From contig OZ024742.1 of assembly GCA_964016885.1 (NCBI GenBank), positions 277,016,001-277,080,000 on the forward strand: DNA of 64,000 nucleotides. The letters run 5' to 3'. The notes under the pieces were generated by a model that saw only the letters and a program-made list of their open reading frames with translations, was not told the DNA's origin and searched no databases. Position numbers and translations under genes: made by a program. The stretch is from Eledone cirrhosa. Taxonomy: Eukaryota. Positions 1-13,260 of this stretch are shown one piece after another (position 1 is the first letter of the stretch; every line of letters starts with the position of its first letter).

Positions 1-205
1 TAATGTTGTACTTGACTGACAATTGACTGTGTGCTGAAACTATAACAATTACTGTGTGGAAGAGTTATTTTATCCATTTAAAAACTTTTAATTTATATAT
101 ATCACTGACATAGTTCCATTCCAACTCTTGTGGAACTGTATGTGATCAAGTTGCAGCAATAAATGATATACGAAGAAAAAAATTAATAGATTGTGTGTTT
201 TTAAA

Positions 206-506
206 TCTGTATATAAATTTGAGCGACTTCTGTCTGTTTGTCCCTCACACAATGTGTGTGTGTGTGTGTGTTTGTGCGAATGTATGTGTGTGTAAAAGGA
301 AGGAAGGCGATGGTGAAAAAATTATATGAGTGAGTGTATGTGTGTGTTTATGTAAATGTATGTGTGTGTGTTTGTGTGAATGTATGCCTGAGAGTGTGTA
401 TTTTTGTAAGTGTGTCTGTGTTTGCGCATTTATATTTATATACTCATACATATAAATGTATGCATATGCACATACACACATGTGAGCGTATTGAAAAAAA
501 TTCTAG
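206..506 (+). mobile_element. Short non-autonomous Helitron-like element
   Basis: Starts A|TC (TCTGTATATAAATTTGAG), ends CTAG|T, no TSD; homologous copy at 61569-61841. Confidence 0.6.
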
Positions 507-623
507 TGAATAAAATTACTCTTCCATGAAGTAATAGTTTTATGAAAATTTTTTGTAGTTTCAAACAAAATAAACAAAACAATATGCTCCAGCAACTTGT
601 GCAGTGTATCAATTGAGTCTTAC

Positions 624-706
624 CTCATTTCCAGTCGTCTGTTTAATATGGTCTTTGATCAGCTCAGCTCTCTCGGTATTTCGACATAACAGGTGGACTG
701 AAGCAC
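624..706 (-). CDS. DHRS12: Internal exon of DHRS12-like short-chain dehydrogenase/reductase
   Basis: tttcag acceptor and gtaag donor. The 83 nt read (G)ASVHLLCRNTERAELIKDHIKQTTGNE, matching recalled DHRS12 GGTVHLVCRD...GEIIRESGNQ. Phase 1 start joins the exon at 57817-57950 in frame. Confidence 0.85.
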
Positions 707-870
707 CTGAAAAACAGAAAGAAATATTGTATCAACTGATATATAAAAGAAAGATGAGTGATGTGATAAATGGATAAGTCATGGCTGAAACAGTACTACA
801 TACTAACACTGGTAGATTATTCTGGCAGATTGACACAAATGAATGATGATAATTTTGATTAGCTGTATAT

Positions 871-1437
871 CATCATCATCATCATTATCACCGTTTTGTG
901 TCCATTTTTCCAGGCTAGCATGGGTTTGACGAGTTGTCCTGTTGTGTGTTGTGGTCAATGCCAGGTCAGGTGATCATGTCTTGCTTGTACTGAACTGATT
1001 TTGGCTTGATTTCTACAGCTGGATGCCCTTCCTAATGCCAACCTCATTTACAGAGTGGGCTGGGTGCTTTTTGTTGTGACACCTACACGACCACTTTACA
1101 GTGTGGACTGGGTGCTTTTTTATTGTGACACGTACACGACCACTTTACAGTGTGGACTGGGTGCTTTTTTATTGTGACACCTACACGACCACTTTACAGT
1201 GTGGACTGGGTGCTTTTTTATTGTGACACTTACATGACCACTTTACAGTGTGCCTACATGACCAGTTTACAGTGTGTACTGGGTTCTTTTTGTCATGATG
1301 CCAACACGATCACTTTACAGTCGGGACTGCATGATTTTTGTTGTGATACCTACACAACCATTTTACAGTGTGGGAGGGGGTGGGGGCATACTGTATATAT
1401 GCTTTGGCTTCGGCCTGTTCCCGTGGGAAGTCGGGTC
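871..1437 (-). mobile_element. Older RTE LINE 3' UTR fragment with (CAT)n tail and internal ~46-bp tandem repeat
   Basis: GGATGCCCTTCCTAA motif and tail shared with the RTE copies at 40753-41634 and 62857-63660. Confidence 0.7.
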
Positions 1438-1699
1438 TATATACATATAATTATGTGTATATGTATTTGCGATGACTGGAAATAAATGAAGCAGACATGC
1501 TTCAATGGCTGTGTAATGTTAGTGTTCATAAATGATGGAGCAAAAGTGAGCTGAGAGATGCTTGCATTGGTATGGATATATGATGCATAAGGAGAGCAAG
1601 AGCTGTATAAAGAAGTGTTGAGCACTTAAAATAGATGAAACGTGTGGAAGACGGAGATCAAGGAGGACTTGAAATGATGTGGTGAAGAATGACTCACAT

Positions 1700-2700
1700 G
1701 AAAAGATGACACAGGATCATGACTGGCATCTTACTGTGCTAAAGAAGACCCTCTCAGCAATGCAGGCACAGTGATATTAAAAGTAAATGTAGTGAAAGGT
1801 TGCGAACTGTATCTGTACATATTGACTCTTGAGCCTTTACTGTGGAAGCTGGAGCTGTTGCAGGGCATCCCACTTGAACCAGGACATGGAAGAGCTATGT
1901 CAGCATATGCAGTTGACATCACCATGATGGTGTCAAATTCCTCAGAAATGAGGTGGTCGTCACCTTCTTAGAAGAATATGAAAGGTTGATGGGAGCAAAA
2001 CCAAACTTAGAAAAGTCAGTGGGTTTGCAGCTTGGCAATGGAGAAATTAATCCATGCCATTCAACAGCATCCTCGGACTGGTGAAGTTGCTTGGGATCTG
2101 GTTTGGACCAGATCTCCAGGTGAATAAGAACTGGATTGACGTGACTAGCAGGGTGGCTACTCTCACCCAGAAATGGGCCAAAAGGAAGTTATCCCTGAAA
2201 GGTTGGGCAGAGGTGGTCAACGTGTACATCATGTTCATCATCTACTGCCTGACCGTTGTGTCTTACCCCCGTTTGTACCTCACCAAATTGGAACGTCTGC
2301 TCTTCAACTTTTTGTGGAGAGGACAGGTTCCATTGATGAGTAGGTCCATCTGCTGCCAGCACCATCTACGCAGAGGGCTGGGCATGCCATGGCTGATGAT
2401 GTGCAAAAATGCACTGAGATTATGGCATCTTCAGATATTCTTAAACGGTGAACAAGTGTGGTTGCTGTTTATGAGATGGGCCTCTCTGCAGCTAGTCTCT
2501 TTAACTGAGCTGTAGTCATGGGTCAAGAAGAGACCAAGGCTGGACACCTGGCATCTGGAATGTTGCCAGGCACTCACTGCTCTCGACCAGCTGGGCAATG
2601 TGGTCAGTGGAAATTCCACGCTAGATTTCTATAGAGGATTAGTGGTGGGCAAGTGCAACGATGCTCTTGGAAAGGCTCTGGGTGTCGAGAAATCTCAGTG
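1700..2700 (+). mobile_element. Degenerate Tx1/L1-clade LINE RT fragment
   Basis: SAYAVD (AYADD-like), VKLLGIWFG, KLSLKG..VVN and FLWRG motifs; stops and frameshifts; boundaries approximate. Confidence 0.65.
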
Positions 2701-3146
2701 GATGGGCCATGTGGAAGAGGTAGACCTTGGATAACATAGGATGAAATAGTTATAACTGACCGTAGGAAGCTGAATCACATGACAGAGATGACAAAGGACT
2801 GTGACGATTAGTTCCATGCAGTATTAAAGAAGATTTGCTTACCAGCATAGAAGAAAACATGAATGTGATCTGAACCATTTATGCCCCTTTCCATTATCAC
2901 TCCTTGCTAACTATTCTCACCATCACTGTACCCACTCCACCGACTCTATCCACCCCTTATAAATTCTAACATACTGTAAATGTGGTTGGTGTTAAGAAGC
3001 TATCAAATCCCTGGCCAAATTTACAGTCCTTGTCGGAGCAAGGTATGGCATGGCCAACTCTGGCCAGACTTGTCTTCCAAAGTAGACAACTCGTCTAACC
3101 CATGTAAACATGGAAAAATGGAAGCTACATGGTGATGATGATGATA
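2700..3146 (+). mobile_element. Old RTE 3' end with (GAT)n tail
   Basis: Degenerate GRGRP..TWDE-like coding end, then CTGTAAATGTGGTTGGTGTTA and AACCCATG..(GAT)n. Confidence 0.55.
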
Positions 3147-3525
3147 CTGGTTATAGCTAACATCATAATAGCTGTTTACATCATTCTATATCTAACCTTT
3201 TTAAATCTGAACACACCTGTCATAGCCTCTTAGTAACTGTTCTCATCACAAGTATACCCCCACCACTCTAACAGAGATCAATCCCACCCCATCCATCACC
3301 ATGTCAAATTCTACCACACTTGTCATACACCCATGTTGTAATACTTATCTTCTCCCTCTCATCTTTTATAATCTCCCTCCACCACCCATAGAGTAGAGAG
3401 AGCTCAATGCTGGTTGCATGATAAAATGCATCCAGTATACTCTGTAAAATGATTGATGTTAAGAAGGGATTCTGGCTGTGGAAACCATACCAAAATATTG
3501 ATGGCAGAGAAGTAGACTAACTAAG

Positions 3526-3578
<53 letters not shown>

Positions 3579-3656
3579 ATCTAATTATCAAATTATTCAG
3601 CAATGTATTTGTTTTGTAAGTTTTTTTATATGAATTTGTGTGTTGAAACAGTGATA

Positions 3657-3700
3657 ATCACTGAAGATGTCACAGATATGTGATGAAAGAATTTTGAGAA
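3657..3700 (+). ncRNA. Degenerate minimal hammerhead motif in a Penelope pLTR remnant
   Basis: tca-CTGAAGA-t-gtcaca(gata)tgtgat-GAAA-gaattt-tga; downstream CAACATAACCCTCCCTAAATATAACAA recurs near 32205-32232. Confidence 0.35.
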
Positions 3701-5758
3701 ATTATATTTATATTTTTAACTGTTGGTCAATCAATGATAAACAATAATTGCCAGCTAAATTATTTATAAAAATATAAAAAAGTACTGAATTGAAAACCAA
3801 ACCGAACAGTGAGTGTGTTTTACTATTTTTTTGGCAATATTAGGACAACATAACCCTCCCTAAATATAACAATATCAAATTATAGATTTCTAAAATTTCT
3901 TTTTAGAAAATAAATCCTAATGTCAGCTGCCATCTGGTGTAGTAGTACTGTACTTGGCTAGAATTCAAGAGATATGGTGTTTGATTCTCTGCAGTAGCTG
4001 CTAGCCACTTTTTTCTGTCTCTAAGGATATTTTACTTGATTTACTAAAGCTGTCATTATTAATAGCGATTCTGTATTTGGATTCTAACATTTATCTTTAG
4101 AAATTATTTCATAAGTTTTATTCAAATATTGAACATCATCATCATCATCATCATCATCGTTTAACGTTCATTTTCCACGCTAGCATATGAACATATATAA
4201 GCAAATAAAAACAGTACTAACTACACAAAGTAGAGTTAAATTGAATATTCAAGTAACTTTTGTGGTTATGAAAACGAAAAAGGAAGAGAAAGGCAAGGGC
4301 TCTAGTATCGCAGAAGAATGGGAAGGGTGATGGGCTCTGGGCCTAGGGTGTGGCGGTATTGAGGCTGCACCCCTAATGTCATACTTGATTGATTCTAAGT
4401 TCACTGAACATATATAAGCAAATATATTTACTAGTGCTACAGTGCAAACCACTATAGTTATCACATTACATCTTATTTTACACCACACCATCGTTACCAT
4501 ATAAAGCTTGTAAGTTATTTAACTGTTGAATAACTTATATTTAAATAAAGTCACCAAAAATTTTGAGGATCCTTCCTGTAAGATTCTATTTTTGCCAGCT
4601 GTTATATGATTTATCTGTAGAATAAGTTGCTTAGCTCCTTGATAAAGAAACACGTTCAGATATGTTAGTGACATGTTTGCTAACACAGAAAGCTTAGCTA
4701 AAGAATTTATAGATAAGCTGAGTTTATGCACAAACACAGAAATTCTAAACAAATCATGCTAGCATAGAAAAAATGGACGTTAAACGGCAATGATGATGAT
4801 ATCCTCATCATTTAATATCCGTTTTCATTGCCAGCAAGGGTTGGACAGGTCATTACAAAACAAGTTAATACTTAATCGGAGTCACTGATCTCACAGATGG
4901 GCTGGGGGCCACATCTCGTTTACATATGTTTCTGCACACTACAGATTGTACTATGTATAGTGTTGAAAATGATGAATCGTGTGGATGATGATGATGATAA
5001 TGATGATAGTGGTAGTGCTGTTGATGATGATGAAAATGACAATGGTTTTTGAGAAATGTATATAATAAAAGGAAAAAATGAAATGCTTGCTGAAATAAAA
5101 CAGGCTCAAATCAAACATTATATATTTTCTTTAAAAAACAATTATATATTTTTTAAAAATACCCTACCCCACCAGAAGAAAAATCAAAAGAACAAAAATC
5201 AAAAACAAAAACACACATTTGATTGAAGTAGAGTCATAATTGTAAAGCAATGATGGAAATCCACTACTTTTAGCTGAATCTATAAATACAACATACATCA
5301 ATGTTAGGGGAAGACATTTGAGGATAAAACAAAAACAAAAGCTCAGTCAGCTATGATAAACAAGCTACTCCTGCGCAAACAATAATGTTGATACTATTGA
5401 TTTCTGAAGGAGGTGGTGGAGATAAATGAAAAATCTTCTCTTAAATCTTCTGAGGGAGAATTGAAAGCTGTCTGTTTTACAAGAGAGCCAAAGAATGGTG
5501 GAAAGGCAGGGTTGGGAAGAAATGGAAATAAATAAATGGTGTAGATTATCATTCAGTAGCACATAATTCTTCAAAATTGTTCTACTAAAAATGTAAAAAT
5601 TATAAGATTCATCTCAAAATAGCCATCTCTATAAATGTATTCACTTCCCTACATACATTTATACACACACATATATATATATACACATACATATATACAT
5701 ACACACACACATATATACACATACACACACACATATATACCCCCCCCCACACACACAC

Positions 5759-5789
<31 letters not shown>

Positions 5790-5824
5790 TATATACACAC
5801 ACAAACATATATAATAATAATAAT

Positions 5825-6175
5825 AATAATAATGAAATTATTGTGTAAAGTGCTCAGGAGCACTACAACTCGTCAAAAGTGCATGTATAGTACATAGAAT
5901 AATATACAAATGTCAGGGAAGTGAATAGTGTATGAGTCATGATATACATGTGTGTATGTGTATGGAGGGGGAACATTAGGTGTAGTGTTGGCGAATCTCG
6001 GGAAGCATGGAGGTTTTAAAGGATGCAGTGTCTCGACAGCTAACAACTGACGCAGGCAGTTTGTTCCATGCTTCAGCAACTCTGAGCGTGAAAAAATGTT
6101 TCAGAAAGTCATGGGAACTGTGCTGTTTTCTGACTTTGTGGGCATGTACACGTGTGTTAGACACATGGAAATCAA
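5825..6175 (-). mobile_element. CR1-type LINE 3' end
   Basis: FFTLRVAEAWNKLPASVV...FK C-terminal motif, 3' UTR and (TTA)n tail. Confidence 0.7.
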
Positions 6176-6427
6176 AAAGGTACTCAGGGACTTACATATG
6201 CACACTCATAGATATTACTAACAGGGAAAACATGTTAAATGACGATGATGATGATAATATGATATATATATCAAGAATCCACAAGTTTGATGAGCTATTG
6301 ATTCCAGAGTCATGCCTGGTCACTACCAATCATACCTTGAGCTGATCGATCGTGAAACATGTGTGAATAAACATAATGATGTTATATTGATACTTCGTTC
6401 CTGTTTCTTATATATATATATATATAG

Positions 6428-6616
6428 TTCCACACTGTAAATGTGGTTGGTGTTAGGAAGGGCATCCAGCCGTAGAAAACCTGCCAGATAGTTCTATATG
6501 AGCGAAACAAGGTCACCCGACCAACCTTGCCTCAAGTGGGACAACTCCCGTCTAACCCATGCTAGCGTGGAAAATGGATGTTAAACGAAGATGATGATGA
6601 TGATGATGATGATGAT
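6428..6616 (+). mobile_element. RTE 3'-terminal fragment
   Basis: AGGAAGGGCATCCAG motif and (GAT)n tail, flanked by (TA)n. Confidence 0.7.
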
Positions 6617-6864
6617 ATATATATATCAAAAGTGGAAGTATACAATCAAATCTCAAAAGAGAGTAGAGACAGATTTATAGGTTGTAATTGTCAGCCATGG
6701 ACCGAGGCATTTGCTCAATGCTTAAATCATGCAAAACAAGCGTTAAGAGAAGAGTTTGGTTAGAGCTTGGAAAAAGTTAATCATGCATTTAGAGAATAAG
6801 CAGAGCATGTACATTCAAAAGTATTTGAAGAAAATTAACCAACTTTCATTAAAAACTGTTTAAT

Positions 6865-6953
6865 CACTTACAATTGTTTTTGGTGTTTTGTGAAATAAAA
6901 TTATCTAGTTGTATTATGGACAAAGCCATACACAATACACCTTCCTCAGAGTG
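6865..6953 (-). ncRNA. Degenerate hammerhead motif (GAAA mutated to AAAA)
   Basis: Minus strand: cact-CTGAGGA-aggtgt...acacc-a-AAAA-caattg-TA-agtg, with palindromic stem III. Confidence 0.45.
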
Positions 6954-8058
6954 GAATAAACTTATTTCAATATATAGTCACATAAAACATTAACTCACAT
7001 CAAGCAATAGAAATCAACAAAAGCATATCATAGTATTAATTTTTTTCAGGTTTTTATAAATTCGAGGAATAATCCATCGCCATTTTTACTAGTGTAGTAT
7101 AATAGATATAGTCTATTCTTGAAACAGCTGTCTGATATTCTTAGAACATACTGATAGCTTATTGCATTTTGAAAAATAAATTTTTTTGTATATGAATGTA
7201 TTACATACATTTATATAAGTTTTCATATACACCTCTCTCTCTTTTTATATATATATATGCACATACATATACATATATAATAATGAAGAAGTCAGTGTAT
7301 TTGAATCTTACATCATTTTATTGATTACTTTGTTACTGTTATCTATATTTCAGTGGTATCTATTATGTAATAGATACAACCTCATCACGTAGCTATTATG
7401 CAAACATAAACAGAGAATAGACTTGATTCAGAGATGGCATGCTATCCAGTGTTACTATAATGACAAGTCGTCTCAGAATGCCACACACTTGGTAATGCTA
7501 AATATTGTGGTTTCATTGACACGGCCAAGGAGAGGGGGTTTGCTTGGCGGTGACAGAAATTCTGCTGTCCTTAGATAATGCTCTACTATTAATCAGAATC
7601 ATTTGTCTGCCATTAAAACAGGTTAGGGGTGTTAAATATTGTGTGGCAGCATCTCTAACTAAAAACCAGTGTAGCATGATGGTGACTCGATTAAAGGGGA
7701 TAAATGATAGAAAAGTTTAAAGGATTATGAAAAGGAGAAAACCAGTGGTAAATAATTATGAGTAATTACACCAGTAAATTAATTAAGAAAGGTTAAAAAA
7801 AAAAAAGATTATAAAGAATAGTGGGATGTATGAAAAGTATAGGGTTACAAAAAGTGGATAATTGTAATTCTAATGTAAGTGATTAGTTAAATGGTAAATA
7901 ATCAATTAATTAAAGGGTGAGTAACAGGTTGATAAACCTGTTGCGTGCACATGTGTGGGTTTATATTGCAGAAGAATTCAATGGTGTGACCTTATAATGA
8001 GCTTAACAGACCAAACTTCCCCAGTTCCCAGGATCCAGGAAAGGGTTCATGCAACCGA

Positions 8059-8696
8059 GTAATACACTGGGGCCAATTTAATTGACGTTCCCCTCCTCCA
8101 ATATTGCTGGTCTTGAGCTTATAGTAGAAATCATTATTATTATTATTATTACGGTGGATTGGCAGAATTGGTAGAGCATTGGACACCATGCTTTGAAACA
8201 TAGAGTTATGGCCCTTTACGTTCTGAGGTCAAATCCCACCAGGTTATCTTTGCCTTTTATCCTCACAGACTCAATAAACAAAGCACCAGTAATGCACTGG
8301 GGTTGATTTAATGTACTTTTCCTTTCCTCCAAAATTATTGGCCTTATGCTTAAATCAGAAACCATTATTATTATTATTATTATTTGAGTTCAAATCCCGC
8401 CGAGGTTAACTTTGCCTTTCATCCTTATGCGGTTGATAAAATAAAGCACCAGTAATGCATTGACATAATTGCTGGCCTTGTGCCAAAAGTAGAAACATTA
8501 TTATTATTGGATTGGCAGTATCGGTAGAGGGTCGGACGCCATGCTTTGTAGCATAGAGTTACGGCCCTTTATGATCTGAGTTCAAATCCCGCCGTGGTTA
8601 ACTTTGCCTTTCATCCTTACCGGGTCGATAAAATAAAGTACCAGTAATACACTGGGTAATTGCTGGCCTTGTGCCAAAAGTAGAAACAATTATTAT
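8059..8696 (+). mobile_element. Head-to-tail array of four (partial/full) tRNA-derived SINEs with Nin/Deu-like domain and (TTA)n tails
   Basis: A box TGGCAGTATCGG, B box GAGTTCAAATCCC, GTTAACTTTGCCTTTCATCCTT..GTCGATAAAATAAAGTACCAG; each copy follows the (ATT)n tail of the previous one. Confidence 0.75.
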
Positions 8697-8699
8697 CTG

Positions 8700-9410
8700 G
8701 TGTACATTACATCACCGACTAACCACCTAGCTGTCTTCTGAGTTATCTATTGGGATGCTGGTATTTGGTTCTCTACTTGGAGTGCTTGGATTAGCTGTTC
8801 CTTCCAATTACTTCTTTCCTTGTCATATGGTCAATGCGAACATGTGTATTGAAGTCTTCCATAATGATACAGGACTCAGTCTTAACCACATCATGTGCTG
8901 CAGTGACTTCATCAAGGAAGGATCTGTATTCAGACTTTTTGTTTGGTGCATAAACTTGCACCACCTTAGAAACCTATATTTCAGCCTAAGCTTCAAGATA
9001 TCAAGAGGCAAATCCTCCCTCCAATTGAGATACTGTTCACAACACATTCTGACAGCTGGGGGCTTTCAAAATATGGTGTTAAACCTATATTTCACCTGTG
9101 GAGCATAGGTAGATGTAATTATCACCATTCTATTTCTAAGCTTGATAATTCAGTCACTTACTGTAACTACCTCTACCACCTTATCTATCCATTTATCAGC
9201 TAGAAAGATGCCTATACCTCCTACTCCATCGTCATTTCCTACCCAGTAGAGTTTATATCTAAGTTGTTTCCTTGTGATTAGTCTCGCTGAAGCACCCCTC
9301 TATCTCACTTGTACACAGAATGCATCTATTTTTCTTCTCTCTAACAGTTACACAATTTCACCTCATTTATCTTTCAGGGTCCCAACATTGAGGGTGGCAG
9401 TCCTGAGATT
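8700..9410 (-). mobile_element. Degenerate RTE AP-endonuclease fragment
   Basis: Minus strand reads LRTATLNVGTL...KWIDKVVEV...YAPQ with stops; left boundary approximate. Confidence 0.6.
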
Positions 9411-9872
9411 TGTACCTTGAAATTTATTGTTATTTCCTTGGGTAGAGATTCTATGTACCTGAAAGGGAAAATGCTTGTGCGATTGCTTGATGACGGTCGA
9501 GGTTTTTTTGGCAAATGGCTACTCTAGCCTCCTCACTACTGTGCACAGCACTAACATGATTAATGTTAGCTCTGTGTATGCACTTAGTGAGAATCATATT
9601 GGTTATGCTTTTCATATTTTCGCTGATTTTTTTTGGCTACATGCCCTTCCTATTACCAACCACTTTACAGCATGGACTGGGAGCATTATTCATGTCACCA
9701 GCATTAGAGAGGTCGTCTTACTGGACTTAAGACACCTTTCCAGCCTGTATCAGTTTTTATTTGGAGTGTCTTCTCTCATAGATGGTTAACCTTCACTATG
9801 GCTTACAGAACCCACATCTGCCCCATGCAGGGAAAAGCGGATGTAAAATGATAATGATGATGATGATGATAA

Positions 9873-10180
9873 TCTATACATATATATAAAACTGAAATTG
9901 TCTGTGTGTGTGTCCTAATTTTGCAAAGTCTATACAAATACATTTCTACTATTGAATTCAAATTTGCATTTATATATTCCTTGCGGTCTAAAGATATTAA
10001 CTGCAGCTTTTATTTTTCAATTTTCTGTTGTTAAAGGGGTGTTAGGCGCTGGTTAGTGATCTCTCTCTCTTTCTTAGTCTGTCTTTTTAGATAGACACAT
10101 AGCTATAATGTCGCGCCCTTATAATATCTGTCTGTATATCTGACTGTTTGCATTACGACATTATGAAAACATTGTTCTCA
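9873..10180 (+). mobile_element. Possible Helitron-like 5' end (truncated)
   Basis: A|TCTATACATATATATAAAACTG..TCTGTGTGTGTGTCC start resembles the other Helitron 5' ends; no 3' CTAG end identified. Confidence 0.3.
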
Positions 10181-10182
10181 TT

Positions 10183-11680
10183 GCTAAGAGGACTGCTGGG
10201 AATCCATCAGGTCCAGCTGCTGAGTCTGTTCTAATTTCATCTATGGCATATACCACATCCTCCTCCGTTATATCTATGTGGTTGATGGTCGCCATTTCTT
10301 CATGGAGTGTTGTGGCATCAAAGAAATCCCCTGGCTTTGTTATATGCATGTGCCTCAGTGAACACACTTTTGTACTGTTCGTTCAGTATTTCACTTATCG
10401 CTTAAGGATTCTCGGTTAATGAACCGTCTTTATGGAAGAGTGGCCCAATCTTGCAGTGCACCGAGGCAGTCTCTTTTGCAAATGTAAAGAAGGCCTTAGG
10501 GTTTGTTTTAATATTTTCTATGGCCCTGCTTTCTTTCTTTGCCTTCTCATTTTCATGGGAAAGTTTGAGTGCAATCTCGATGTCAAGTAGTGCACGTTTC
10601 AAATAGGATTCCTTCTTGTTTTTGTTTTCTTGTTGTGCATTCAACTGGTTTGAGAGCTTAGTTCTTCATCTCATAAGGATTTTCCTATCTCTGGGAATAA
10701 GATTTTTGTGTCTGTTGGCCTTTTTCTCCGGGACAAATTTTGGCATATAGTTTGTATCGTTGTCATGAAGTGTTGAAAATGTGTGCTGGTGTCTTGTGTG
10801 GTGGTGTTGTCGCTCCATATTTGCTTCCGGATTTCTCTCTTCATCTTTTTCCAGTTAGCCTTGTAGAAGTTAAGGCTGGATAAGGTCCTGGTGCTTTTTG
10901 ATAGTTGTGTCTCTGTTGATTTTCTCGGACCACATATCATTAGTTCTACTAAGTTATGATCCGAGAAAATTGTTGGTGCCATCTTTACATTGTGGATGAG
11001 CACTTCGTTGTTTGTAAAACAGAGATCTAGGACATTCTCGCCTCTTGTTGGGAGGAGTACTGCTTGTTCCATGAACAGCCTGTGTGTGAGGGCCAGCGGG
11101 GACTCTGTCTGTCTCTGTTCTAGTGATGTTATTCCAGGGAGGAGGTGGCCCTCAGGCCATTTGACCTTTGGCAGGTTGAAGTCTCCCAGCAGTAGAATGT
11201 TGAGACCCTGGTCCAGTTTGTCAAGGATCTCTTCTATCCTTCTGAGGCTATCTTCAAATTTACCCTCATCACTGGGGGCATCGGGTGGCCGATATGTGAC
11301 ACATATTACTGTCTTTAGTTGCTTCATATGTACTATCAGTGTGTCACAGACTAAGTTTGAATGTGTCAACAGTACAATTGGTGTGACATCTTCACGGATA
11401 TACAGAGCAGCCCCATTATGAGTTCTCTCCTTCCTGTCCGACACAGTATATTTTGGTATATGTATTTCCGCATCTGTCAGGTGCGTTTCGGTTAGTGCCA
11501 TGCATAATGCTTGATTGCTTATGGCTAAGTCTCCCAGGTAGGAAATTTTACTCATGTTAGTGAGTTTCACTAGGCCTCTGACATTCAGCAGCAGCAGTGG
11601 TGTGACTTTTGGGGTGCCAGCAATGGCTGGCCTGGTGTCAGCGGAGGCCACCCTGGGTTCCTTAATTGTGGTGGTCTCAC
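10183..11680 (-). mobile_element. CR1/L2-like LINE fragment: AP endonuclease to start of RT
   Basis: LNVRGL, LTETHL, YRPP, GDFNLP, TRGENVLDLCFTN, SDHNL, KTNPKAFF and AAGPDG motifs; frameshifted. Confidence 0.8.
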
Positions 11681-11719
<39 letters not shown>

Positions 11720-11722
<3 letters not shown>

Positions 11723-13260
11723 CTCCGAGCATAAGTTAAATGGACGGCGTCCTCCCGTGTAAGAGTTAGCTTTGGACAGTAAGCTCCAAGTGAGATTGTA
11801 GGTTATATTATTATCTTGGAGGTCCCAGATGTGGCCCGAAAGTGTAGTGGCATGTCGCCGGACCGTGTTTCGGAAAGTATGTCGGTGTTGGTAGAGCCGG
11901 GTCTTGAAGTTACACGCGGTTAATCCTATATAAGCTTTGTTGGAGGTGTCCGTCCTCACGTTGCACTGGTAGATCACGTTACGTTCTTGGCATTTATCAG
12001 GGCATAGATCTATCAGGGCAGTTACACCTCCTGGTCGGCTCTCCACTGATGTCTAAGTTATTTCTTCCATAGGGGTTGAGTTTTTTGTTGTTTGAGGAGA
12101 CAATGTTTTGTGCAAAGTTAGGTGTGGTGCTGTAGGAGAGTTTGATGGTGTTTTTGTTGATTATGTTGTGGTAGCGGTGTTGTAGTGGGAAGTGTTTTCG
12201 AGGAGTCTAAAGAAGATTTTCCCGATAGGTGCTGCCACCTCGGCATTATGGGGAGGATTGAACCAAATTACGGTGCGTGAGCGGCAGTGTCGCCTGCTGG
12301 ATCCGCTAAGGGAAGCTGGATAAAAGGATATTTCCTCCCGGAAGCCACTCTGCTTGAAGGCCTGATTGTAATAAGGCGCATGTTTGTCGAATATCTGCTC
12401 ATTAGCGGACAAACGAGATGTGCGGAGGGAGATGTTTTTAACCAGGTTATTGGTGATGTTTCTAGGATGGTTAGAGCGGCGGTGGATGTAGTGCAGGTTG
12501 TCGTTTGGTTTCCTGTATGGGTAGTACAGATCATTTTCGAGGTTAAGGGTAACGTCCAGGAAATTGACTCGGGTGAGGGACGTTTGTAGGGTGATTTTAA
12601 ATCCCCAGTCCCGGAAGAAGTTGATTAGTTGTTTACGGACCCAGTCTGTACTATTGGTGTTGTACCCTTTAAGGGTGAGGAGCCCATCATCCCGGTACAA
12701 TCCACTGCCGAATGCAGGAAACATTTCGGTGAGTTTAAATAGTAGGAATAATCCTATAAGATCTGTGACCTCGGCCGAATCCGTCGCACCCATACTGACG
12801 TCGAAGGGGGAGTCGGGAGCTCTCTTTAGCCACTTAGAGTTGTTGAAAAGTAGGACTGTGTTGCTGGCGTGGAGAAAGGTATTTCTTTCCTTCTCAGTGA
12901 TGGGTGTGAGTGTCTCGGCAAAGTCCAAGGCGGCCGTAAGGAGCGGTAAGGTAATAGATGCATAGTAACTCTCTATGTCAAACTGGATGAATTTTGTCTC
13001 TCGTTTGTCCACCATATTCCTGAACCATGAGATTACTTCCTGAGTGCTGACCCATAGGCTAAGTCTCACGTTTTGCTTAACTTTTGATATAACTCGGTCT
13101 AGGATCTTTTTACTGATTCTCCCTATGTCCGACTTCGTTGGGTTTATAAGCCTAATGGATGGTTTGCGGTCGAAGTCGGATTTGTGGTCCTTCAGTGTAA
13201 AGTAGGGAGTCCGTGGGTCTAGGGGTTCAGTGCGGTCGGCTACCCCGAGGCTGAAGGTAA
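11720..13260 (-). mobile_element. Truncated Penelope-like element, Hydra-like clade (family H3): RT plus GIY-YIG
   Basis: FIQFDIESYY, MGATDSAEVTDLIG, GLYRDD and WFNPP, then VIYQC...YIGLT endonuclease; frameshifts. Confidence 0.85.

Noticed and set aside
1047-1371. CRISPR-like repeat array
   Set aside because: No unique spacers; eukaryotic context; derived from the RTE 3' UTR.
7337-7395. Hammerhead-like motif on the minus strand (GTGATGA..hairpin..GAAA)
   Set aside because: C3 is changed and stems I and III do not pair convincingly; at best a decayed remnant.
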